From contig NC_007681.1 in assembly GCF_000012545.1 (NCBI RefSeq), positions 480,001 through 512,000 of the forward strand: 32,000 nt of DNA, read 5' to 3'. This document shows positions 8,815 to 17,941 of this stretch, piece after piece (the first letter of the stretch is position 1; every line of letters starts with the position of its first letter). A program made the translations under genes and the position numbers. The notes under the pieces were generated by a model. That model saw nothing but the letters and a program-made list of their open reading frames with translations, did no database searches and was not told the DNA's origin. This DNA comes from Methanosphaera stadtmanae DSM 3091 (lineage in GTDB: Archaea > Methanobacteriota > Methanobacteria > Methanobacteriales > Methanobacteriaceae).

Positions 8815-9800
8815 GTTGTGATACTATTAAAGAACCATTATATATTAACTCAAATGGGATATTATACCGAAAAGAGAATACACTTAAATTTAAAAATAAA
8901 GAAGTTGACACAAGTATACCAATTCACGCAATCAATGAAATAAATTGTTATGGAAAAGTTTCATTGCGATCAGGAGCAATATCATTACTACAAAAAGAAA
9001 AAATAATAATAAATTTCTTTAATAAATATGGATATTATGAAGGATCATTATACCCAAAAATAGCACTAAATTCAGGAGTAATAGTAGTGAAACAAGCATT
9101 AACATACAATAATGAAAATAAACGATGTTTTATAGCTAAGGAAATGGTAAATGGAATGAAACATAACATGATAAAAACATTAAAATATTATAAGAAAAAA
9201 GGAAAAGATGTTGATGAACACATTCAAAACCTTGAAAATGAATCAATTTTAGATGGAAATATCAATAGAATACTCTCATCCGAAGGAAAATTATGGCAAT
9301 CATACTACCCCTCATTTGATAACATCACAAAAAAATTTCCAATAGAAAAAAGAGAATTCAAACCACCAAAAAATGAAATGAACTCCTTAATATCCTATGG
9401 AAATTCATTATTATATACTACAACACTATCCGAAATCTATCATACCTACCTTCATCCATCAATAAGTTTCCTGCATGAACCTCGTGAAAGAAGATTTTCA
9501 CTTGCATGTGATCTAGCAGACATATTCAAACCATTAATAATAAGTAGAACTATATTCAAATTGGTAAATACTAATATAATTAATGAAAAACACTTTAAAA
9601 AAGATGTGGGAGTATATCTCAATGAAAAAGGAAGACAAAAATTCATACAAGAATACAATAATAAACTTAAAACAACAATAAAACATCCACAAATTAAGAA
9701 AAAAGTCTCATATAGATACTTAATAAGATTAGAAGGATATAAATTAATCAAACATATACTTGAAGATAAAACATACGAAAGCTTCAAGACGTGGTGGTAG
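8784..9800 (+). CDS. cas1: Cas1 integrase
   Basis: 338 aa with conserved Cas1 segments SEGKLWQSYY, NSLISYGNSLLY and HEPRERRFSLACDLADIFKP. The start is uncertain: the ATG at 8784 overlaps cas4 by 31 nt. Confidence 0.92.
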   Translation: MFFQRTLLNIGCDTIKEPLYINSNGILYRKENTLKFKNKEVDTSIPIHAINEINCYGKVSLRSGAISLLQKEKIIINFFNKYGYYEGSLYPKIALNSGVIVVKQALTYNNENKRCFIAKEMVNGMKHNMIKTLKYYKKKGKDVDEHIQNLENESILDGNINRILSSEGKLWQSYYPSFDNITKKFPIEKREFKPPKNEMNSLISYGNSLLYTTTLSEIYHTYLHPSISFLHEPRERRFSLACDLADIFKPLIISRTIFKLVNTNIINEKHFKKDVGVYLNEKGRQKFIQEYNNKLKTTIKHPQIKKKVSYRYLIRLEGYKLIKHILEDKTYESFKTWW

Positions 9801-10063
9801 GAATATACATATTAGTAATATATGATATTAAAATAGAACGAATAAATAAAGTATACAAATTTCTTAAAACATATTTAATATGGATTCAAAATTCAGTATT
9901 TGAAGGAGAAATAACAAAAGCACAATATAAAACAATGATTATAAAACTAAAAGAATTAACAGACGAAGATGAAGATTCAATAATTATATATAAGATACCT
10001 AAGAAATATTTAAATAAGGAAGTACTTGGAATAGAAAAAAATCCAATAGAATTTATACTCTAG
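9791..10063 (+). CDS. cas2: Cas2
   Basis: 90 aa with a GTG start overlapping the cas1 stop. ILVIYDI ... IQNSVFEGE is the typical Cas2 ferredoxin-fold signature. Confidence 0.9.
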   Translation: MVVGIYILVIYDIKIERINKVYKFLKTYLIWIQNSVFEGEITKAQYKTMIIKLKELTDEDEDSIIIYKIPKKYLNKEVLGIEKNPIEFIL

Positions 10064-10168
10064 GTCCACTCCCCTATAATTTTTACAACATTAGGGGTGG
10101 ACTATAAACAACTACTTTTTTAAACAATCACAACAGTTTAAAGAGTAAAATACGAAAAATTTTTTGGC
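10064..10168 (+). promoter_or_regulatory. CRISPR leader
   Basis: AT-rich 105 bp between the cas2 stop and the first repeat. It contains an imperfect inverted repeat (TAGGTCCACTCCCCTA 10061-10076 / TAGGGGTGGACTA 10092-10104) and a degenerate repeat-like stretch GTTTAAAGAGTAAAATACGAAAAA (10136-10159). Confidence 0.75.
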
Positions 10169-13100
10169 GTTTAAAATAGACTTAATAGTATGAAAACCGG
10201 ATTTGATTAAAACGTATTACCCAATCATATATTTCGTTTAAAATAGACTTAATAGTATGAAAACTAGATATTTCAAATTTACAATTACCATTTAAAAAAA
10301 CGTTTAAAATAGACTTAATAGTATGAAAACAAGAACGTTTTGCTTCTAATTCAGAGTATAATACTTTTGTTTAAAATAGACTTAATAGTATGAAAACCCA
10401 ATGAGGAAGAATATCTCGGTCTAGAAAAAGGAGGTTTAAAATAGACTTAATAGTATGAAAACAAGGAAATTATAATTATACTCACCAGTATGATATTAAG
10501 TTTAAAATAGACTTAATAGTATGAAAACCAATAGAGGAATAAAAACAATGTCAAGTATAATAAAAGTTTAAAATAGACTTAATAGTATGAAAACTTGAGG
10601 TAGAAATTGATAATGAGTTCATTAATGAACGTTTAAAATAGACTTAATAGTATGAAAACTATATATGGAATAATATTGAAACAGTGTTTAAAATAAGTTT
10701 AAAATAGACTTAATAGTATGAAAACAACAAATAATATGTGTCATTATACTTATAGATTTTACGTTTAAAATAGACTTAATAGTATGAAAACCTGGATAAT
10801 CAATCCCTTTAAAACTAGCCGGACTAAGTTTAAAATAGACTTAATAGTATGAAAACTTCGTAGAGGTGGTGAGTCCAACAATTTTATTTTTTCGTTTAAA
10901 ATAGACTTAATAGTATGAAAACCATCTTCCCATTCATAGTCTTGTTTAAATTCTCCATTGTTTAAAATAGACTTAATAGTATGAAAACTGATAACATTCA
11001 AAAAGATATGTGGAAAACAATCAATGTTTAAAATAGACTTAATAGTATGAAAACCACTTGAAATAAAACACATAGTACAATTTCAACTGTGTTTAAAATA
11101 GACTTAATAGTATGAAAACAGGTCATCAATATCATATTCTTTTACAAGTGTATTTCGTTTAAAATAGACTTAATAGTATGAAAACTTATGAAAACAAGTG
11201 ATGGAACAAATAAAACAATAATGTTTAAAATAGACTTAATAGTATGAAAACGATGCTTTTAAATTAATATATTTTAATATTAATTCAGTTTAAAATAGAC
11301 TTAATAGTATGAAAACATAGTGAATATACAGACCCCCTTAAAAAGCCAACAATAGTTTAAAATAGACTTAATAGTATGAAAACTGAAAATTGATTATAAA
11401 AAAGTAGGAGATGTATTTGAAGTTTAAAATAGACTTAATAGTATGAAAACTATGGAATCACGTAAAAGAGCAACGTTGGGTTATCAGTTTAAAATAGACT
11501 TAATAGTATGAAAACTAACAAAACTACTCAAAACAAAAATAACAGAAACAGAGTTTAAAATAGACTTAATAGTATGAAAACAAAATGGAGATAAAACAGA
11601 TTATAAAATGGAACTTATAGTTTAAAATAGACTTAATAGTATGAAAACCTTAGATGCAGTAGAAATGAAAATCTGTTATACTAAGTTTAAAATAGACTTA
11701 ATAGTATGAAAACCATCTTCTGTATTTGGTGGAGTAATATATTTTTCACGTTTAAAATAGACTTAATAGTATGAAAACAACTCTTTTTCACTATTTATTC
11801 CTATTTTCAAATAAGTTTAAAATAGACTTAATAGTATGAAAACGGTTTATTAATTCATCTTCAATATGTTTCATGTAATCGTTTAAAATAGACTTAATAG
11901 TATGAAAACTACCAATAAAATAGTCTTGATTTGTACTTTTAAGCTGGAGTTTAAAATAGACTTAATAGTATGAAAACAAATTATTGCTACAACAAAAGAT
12001 ACAATTACAATTACAGTTTAAAATAGACTTAATAGTATGAAAACTTTCATTATTTTGTTGTTCTTTGTTGTTGTAGTGTAGTTTAAAATAGACTTAATAG
12101 TATGAAAACAATGGATTTTGAGCATCATTATCAGGAGTAATACTTGGGTTTAAAATAGACTTAATAGTATGAAAACCAAATACTATAGATTACATAATAC
12201 TTTTAACAGAAAATGTTTAAAATAGACTTAATAGTATGAAAACTTTGTTTGAGGTGGAATTACTTGTGTATACATTGTATTGTTTAAAATAGACTTAATA
12301 GTATGAAAACTTATTTAAATGAAAGTGATATACCTAATACAACTCCGTTTAAAATAGACTTAATAGTATGAAAACGTAATGATTTCTACAGTGAAATTGA
12401 AGAATTTATAGGTTTAAAATAGACTTAATAGTATGAAAACTAATAGTGGACGTTTATATGTAAAGAATATTAAATTAGTTTAAAATAGACTTAATAGTAT
12501 GAAAACCTAGACGAGGATAAAACAATTCCAAGTGATACATGGGTTTAAAATAGACTTAATAGTATGAAAACTAATGTTGCAAGACAAATAAAAGAAGTAA
12601 TTAAGAACGTTTAAAATAGACTTAATAGTATGAAAACTGATTATATTACTGAATCAGAAGCTTTTGACTACATAGTTTAAAATAGACTTAATAGTATGAA
12701 AACTACTTCCTCTACTGCAACAATTCTATAAAAAAAATCGTTTAAAATAGACTTAATAGTATGAAAACTTTAATCTTCTAAAACATAAATAATCATACAA
12801 AAAGGTTTAAAATAGACTTAATAGTATGAAAACGCAAATGGTGTTGATACAAATAATATTCGGGAAATGTGTTTAAAATAGACTTAATAGTATGAAAACC
12901 ACCTATATGTACTAGAATTTACGCCCATTTCATAGGGTTTAAAATAGACTTAATAGTATGAAAACGCAAATGGTGTTGATACAAATAATATTCGGGAAAT
13001 GTGTTTAAAATAGACTTAATAGTATGAAAACCACCTATATGTACTAGAATTTACGCCCATTTCATAGGGTTTAAAATAGACTTAATAGTATGAAAACCCA

Positions 13101-14223
13101 AACTGGGTAGAAGCAAATACTACTGCAAACAATGTTTAAAATAGACTTAATAGTATGAAAACCATGAAAAATACATCACAAAAAATAAAACAAGTTACCG
13201 TTTAAAATAGACTTAATAGTATGAAAACTCTATTCTGTATATATTCAATTTAGGATAGAATTTCGTTTAAAATAGACTTAATAGTATGAAAACTAGTTTA
13301 GTGCCCTTAGTATTTAAAGGTTTGTTCATAGTTTAAAATAGACTTAATAGTATGAAAACGAATACAACACTTTAAATACTAGAAATGACAAATAAGTTTA
13401 AAATAGACTTAATAGTATGAAAACATCTATATTGGGAAAAAAGAAGGCACTTCTTTTAGAGTTTAAAATAGACTTAATAGTATGAAAACTTTTTATTACT
13501 TGCTGCTAAATCCCATACACGACAATAGTTTAAAATAGACTTAATAGTATGAAAACTGGATATAATATGACTGAAATAGGTCGTAATAGTAAAGCTGGTT
13601 TAAAATAGACTTAATAGTATGAAAACCGGAGATATGTGCCAATTAATTCATCACCTACCTCTTCATGTTTAAAATAGACTTAATAGTATGAAAACCAAAA
13701 TTGGATGTGGACTATAAACAGCTACTTTTTTAAACGTTTAAAATAGACTTAATAGTATGAAAACACAAATAAAACACTAACAGAGTATAGTATTGATAAT
13801 GTTTAAAATAGACTTAATAATATGAAAACTTGAACACCATGAAAAGAAATGCCCGTGTTTTTATTTTTGTTTAAAATAGACTTAATAGTATGAAAACCAC
13901 TCTCACAATCCTTATGATGAATGTATCTACTTCGTTTAAAATAGACTTAATAGTATGAAAACGTCTTATCATCAGAATTTTCATCAACAACATCTATTTG
14001 TTTAAAATAGACTTAATAGTATGAAAACCTTATGAAGGAGAAAAAGAAGTCGAATATAAAAGACACGTTTAAAATAGACTTAATAGTATGAAAACCACTT
14101 GTAACTGTACCACCACCAGTATAACATAATACGTTTAAAATAGACTTAATAGTATGAAAACCTTGAGTCAGGAAACTTTGAAATACATCATTATAGAGTT
14201 TAAAATAGACTTAATTGTAAAAC
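10169..14223 (+). CRISPR. CRISPR array: 62 repeats, 61 spacers
   Basis: The 29-nt repeat GTTTAAAATAGACTTAATAGTATGAAAAC was counted 61 times by hand, with a period of about 65-70 bp, plus a truncated terminal copy GTTTAAAATAGACTTAATTGTAAAAC (14198-14223). Spacers are 36-41 nt. One internal variant repeat occurs at 13801-13829 (G->A at 13820). The + orientation is inferred from the cas-proximal leader, the distal repeat decay and the ATGAAAAC 3' end (8-nt handle-like). Confidence 0.98.
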
Positions 14224-14371
14224 CAAAAAAAGATGTACTAACAAAAGAAAATAAAGAGAGTTAATTGTCAGAAACTTAGTTGATTTTTGAATTTTTAAAA
14301 TTTTCAATAAAAAAATAGAAATACACTTGAAATGGTTTAAATTAAAAATTTACACTTGAAATAATTCTATT

Positions 14372-15056
14372 GTGAAAAATAAGCATAAAAAAAATTCTTT
14401 GTATAAAGAGAAGATTATATATTCACATGAAAAATTTAAAAATAAAGCTTATAATACTATTTTGAATGTCAAACAACTTAAACTTCACGATTTTATAGAA
14501 GATTTTGTAGAAATTGACTATAATACATTTTTAGAGATAGATAAATCTAAATGTAAAACAAAATCAGTTACAACAGACCTTAAAGAAGAATATAGAAAAC
14601 CAATAGATACATTAATAAGGGATCACCAATTTTGTCAGTTTCACTTACAACAAAAGATAAATAGAGACCTTAAAAAGTTTATTAAAGAAAATAACTTGAA
14701 TGAAAATGAAATAAACATATTATATCAACAAAAGAAGAGGATAAATTCAATAATATATGCACAGAATATTAAAAATGCTATAAAAATGCTTGAAGATATT
14801 TTAAATAATAAAAAAAATTATTATAAACCAATAATTGAGATATGAAAAAACAATACAACCATATCTCAAAAACATAAAGAAAAATTGTGAAGATTCAAAA
14901 ATAGAAAGAACTAGTAGCCAATTAGAAAAGATGTTCCTGAAAATAATGCCAAAACACATAAAAAGAAAAATGAAAACGTTTAAAAGAGTAGAAACACGAG
15001 CAAAACTAACACTAGCATTTTGGGATTTAAAAAATATGAAAAATTATATCCACTGA
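14372..15056 (+). pseudogene. DDE transposase remnant, N-terminally truncated and frameshifted (IS256/Mutator-like motif order)
   Basis: Two overlapping ORFs (14372-14845 with a GTG start, and 14835-15056) in different frames. Motifs VTTDLKEEYRKPID...HQFCQFHLQQKINRDL and RTSSQLEKMFLKI...KTFK resemble the second-D / QxCxxH / TxNxxE region of IS256-type transposases. There is no upstream part carrying the first catalytic D. The family assignment is from memory only. Confidence 0.55.
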
Positions 15057-15202
15057 ACTTCTGACAGTGACCTACCCTAATATTAATAATTAAGTTTAAA
15101 CATAAATTTAATTAATGATAAATATTTGATAATAGATTTTATTTTTCTGTTTTTCATGTTTATTAATGTAATATAAGAATTATTCTATAATAATGAATTT
15201 TA

Positions 15203-16159
15203 ATGAGTATTAGGAGATATGTTGATTATATGAAATTAAATAATCAGGACATAGCTAAGTTAGGTGAAATTGCAACGTTACTAGAAGTTAGTGGATATCC
15301 AAAACCTGGTAATGTTCATAGAACACAAGATTTTAGTGACATGTTTTATGAGGATTTTCTAATAAGTAGTACTTCTATTAGAGAAAATTTGGAACTTGTT
15401 GCAAATAATGCTTCTACATATTATCCTGGAATGTTAAATCAGATAAATGTTGGAAGTTGTATATATGGTTGTATTAGAAATACACAGAATCTAGTAAAGA
15501 CTAATACAAATCTTGGAATAAGTATGCTTCTTATTCCAATGGCAGCAGCTTTTGGTGCAATTAAGGATGAGGATACCTTATTTAATTTTCCACATATTCT
15601 TAAAACTATTTTAGAAAATAGTTCTACAGACGATGCAATATGTTTGATTAAAGCAATATCTTTAGCTAATGCTGGTGGATTAGATAATAAGACTTCAGAG
15701 TATGATGTTAATAATAAGGATACTATAGACGATATTCGTAGAAATAATATAAACTTATACAATCTATTTGAAATGTCTGCTAGTTATGATAAGATATCTT
15801 ATGAATTAATCAATGGTTTACCAGTAATTTTAAAGTATGGTTATCCAACATATGCTAAGTATATGAATGATTATTCAAAAAATGATGTTACACTTGAAAT
15901 TTACTTAACAATACTTGCTAATGTGCCTGATACATTAATTACTAGAAAGTATGGTGATAAAGTAGCACAAAAAGTATCTAAACAAGCTAGCACCATATTA
16001 AAAAATACAAAAATAGCTTCAACAGATCGTTTAAATCAATTAAAAGAATTCGATACATTTTTAAGAAATAATAAATATAATCCTGGAACAACAGCTGATT
16101 TTACAGCAGCATCATTATTTGTAGGGTTAGTTGATAAGTATTCACAATCTGGTATATAA
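15203..16159 (+). CDS. triphosphoribosyl-dephospho-CoA synthase family protein (CitG/MdcB-like)
   Basis: 318 aa. GYPKPGNVHR near the N-terminus and NPGTTADFTAASLF near the C-terminus match the CitG-family signatures. The true start may be the ATG at 15230 (MKLNNQD). Confidence 0.7.
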   Translation: MSIRRYVDYMKLNNQDIAKLGEIATLLEVSGYPKPGNVHRTQDFSDMFYEDFLISSTSIRENLELVANNASTYYPGMLNQINVGSCIYGCIRNTQNLVKTNTNLGISMLLIPMAAAFGAIKDEDTLFNFPHILKTILENSSTDDAICLIKAISLANAGGLDNKTSEYDVNNKDTIDDIRRNNINLYNLFEMSASYDKISYELINGLPVILKYGYPTYAKYMNDYSKNDVTLEIYLTILANVPDTLITRKYGDKVAQKVSKQASTILKNTKIASTDRLNQLKEFDTFLRNNKYNPGTTADFTAASLFVGLVDKYSQSGI

Positions 16160-16182
16160 CAGTAGGGGAGGAATAATAATAA

Positions 16183-17736
16183 ATGATAGAAAAAATAATA
16201 AATGAATTACATCTTTATGAAAAAAAATTATTAGATGGTCTTGCAAAAAATTCTAATTTAACTCCAGAAGAAATAGCTAAATTAGAACAAATGCCTGTTA
16301 AAGCAGTAACAAGTGCGGCAGGAATGCTTGAGAGTAAAAATATTATCACAGTAGATAAAACATCAACAGATAATATAAGTTTATCTGAGGAAGGAAAAGA
16401 CTATGCATTAAATGGACTTCCAGAACACAGGATACTAAAAGCATTACAAGATTTTAGTAATGAAGGAAAAGATGAAGTGGGTATGGATGAAGTTATTGAA
16501 AGGGCTAAAGTATCAAAGGCTCAGATGAACTTTTCAATTGGTATACTTATGCGTCATCATTGGGCTAAAATGAACAATGGAAAATTAGCAATTACAGATG
16601 AAGGAAAAAATGCAGATATTTCAAGTCTACCTCAAGTTAAATTCCTTAAATTCCTACATGATAAGAAGCAAATCACTGAAGAAAACATACCTGAAGAATT
16701 TATTAAGGTTAGGGCTGAATTTAATAAGAGAAAAGATTTACTTAATATTAAAACATCTCAAGACTTCCATTTTATACTTAATGATATTGGAAAGAAAATA
16801 TTAGATGAAGGATTTTCCATACAAAATGAGGCAACACAACTAACACACGATCAACTAAAAACAGGTTCCTGGAAAAATCTACACTACAGGGGATATGATA
16901 TCAATGCATCAGCACCAAAGAATTATCCTGGAAAAATACATCCTCTTCAACAAACAATTGAAGAAATAAGAGATATTTTCATTGACATGGGTTTTGATGA
17001 GGCAAAGGGAACAATACTTGAATCAGCATTCTGGAACTTTGATATGTTATTCCAGCCACAAGATCATGCTGCACGTGAAATGCAAGATACATTCTATGTA
17101 AGTAATCCTTCCCAAGCATCACTGCCTGGTGGGGATTTAGTTGAAAAAACTAGAGCTGAACATGAACATGGTGGAAATACTGGTAGTGAAGGATGGAATT
17201 ATAAATGGAATGAGGATATAGCAAAACAAATAGTTCTAAGAACACATACAACTGGTTTATCTGTACGTTATCTTTCCAAACATCAACCACCACTTAAAAT
17301 GTTTTCAGTAGGAAGAGTATTTAGACGTGAAACAATTAACTATAAACACTTACCTGAATTCCATCAAGTGGAAGGAATTGTTGCAGGAGAAGATATGAGT
17401 TTTAAAAATCTACTTGGAATACTTAAAGAATTCTATAGAAAATTAGGTTTTAAAGTAAGATTTAGACCAGCATACTTCCCATACACATACTTATCCATAG
17501 AATCTGAAATTTATGTTCCAGAAAAGAAAAGTTGGATGGAACTAGGTGGATCTGGAATGTTTAGACCAGAAGTACTAGAACCATTAGGAATAAAAACACA
17601 AGTAGCAGCATTTGGTCTTGGAATAGAAAGACTTGCAATGATGAGATATGGAATAGAAGATATTCGTATGTTATATCAAAGTGATATTGGATGGTTAAGA
17701 AAACTACCAGTAACAAGAAATATTAAAAACTTCTAA
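16183..17736 (+). CDS. pheS: phenylalanine--tRNA ligase alpha subunit (archaeal type)
   Basis: 517 aa. Class II aaRS motifs FRRE...LPEFHQVEG, FRPAYFPYT, GGSGMFRPEVL and GLGIERLAMM, with a long archaeal N-terminal extension. Confidence 0.92.
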   Translation: MIEKIINELHLYEKKLLDGLAKNSNLTPEEIAKLEQMPVKAVTSAAGMLESKNIITVDKTSTDNISLSEEGKDYALNGLPEHRILKALQDFSNEGKDEVGMDEVIERAKVSKAQMNFSIGILMRHHWAKMNNGKLAITDEGKNADISSLPQVKFLKFLHDKKQITEENIPEEFIKVRAEFNKRKDLLNIKTSQDFHFILNDIGKKILDEGFSIQNEATQLTHDQLKTGSWKNLHYRGYDINASAPKNYPGKIHPLQQTIEEIRDIFIDMGFDEAKGTILESAFWNFDMLFQPQDHAAREMQDTFYVSNPSQASLPGGDLVEKTRAEHEHGGNTGSEGWNYKWNEDIAKQIVLRTHTTGLSVRYLSKHQPPLKMFSVGRVFRRETINYKHLPEFHQVEGIVAGEDMSFKNLLGILKEFYRKLGFKVRFRPAYFPYTYLSIESEIYVPEKKSWMELGGSGMFRPEVLEPLGIKTQVAAFGLGIERLAMMRYGIEDIRMLYQSDIGWLRKLPVTRNIKNF

Positions 17737-17748
17737 AAGGTGTTAATT

Positions 17749-17898
17749 ATGGTATATAATTCTTTAGAATTAAATCTTGAAGCAATTACAAACACAATTA
17801 AAATGTTGGAAAAGGAAAATAACGATGAAAATAAGGATAAAATTGCTGAACTAAAAAAGGAAAGAGATAAATTACTAAAGGAATTGAAAGTATTTTAA
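17749..17898 (+). CDS. small hypothetical coiled-coil protein (49 aa)
   Basis: ATG at 17749 preceded by AAAGGTG (17736-17742). It reads MVYNSLELNLEAITNTIKMLEKENNDENKDKIAELKKERDKLLKELKVF. It is below the ORF-track size cutoff and fills the pheS-mfnB gap on the same strand. Confidence 0.45.
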   Translation: MVYNSLELNLEAITNTIKMLEKENNDENKDKIAELKKERDKLLKELKVF

Positions 17899-17941
17899 TT
17901 ATTCTTTCTTAAATCTTTTTTTAAATAAATTTGGTGATGAA

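Noticed and set aside
9452-9787. 111-aa ORF antisense to cas1
   Set aside because: It lies fully inside the well-supported cas1 CDS on the opposite strand. It is a typical AT-rich shadow ORF.
11055-11066. Spacer 14 starts CACTTGAAATAA, sharing 12 nt with the IS-associated motif at 14353-14364. This raised the possibility of a self-targeting spacer against the IS.
   Set aside because: Only 12 of 36 nt match. That is too short to call a protospacer.
10765-11073. 102-aa minus-strand ORF with a reiterated FHTIKSILN peptide
   Set aside because: It is simply the translation of the CRISPR repeats read through on the antisense strand. It is not a gene.
15439-15762. 107-aa ORF antisense to the CitG-like gene. 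Similar shadow ORFs occur at 16598-16804 (an alternate frame within pheS), at 19239-19685 (antisense to guaB) and at 28623-28994 (antisense to the HD gene).
   Set aside because: Each is embedded in a confidently identified CDS. None has an RBS or a recognisable motif.
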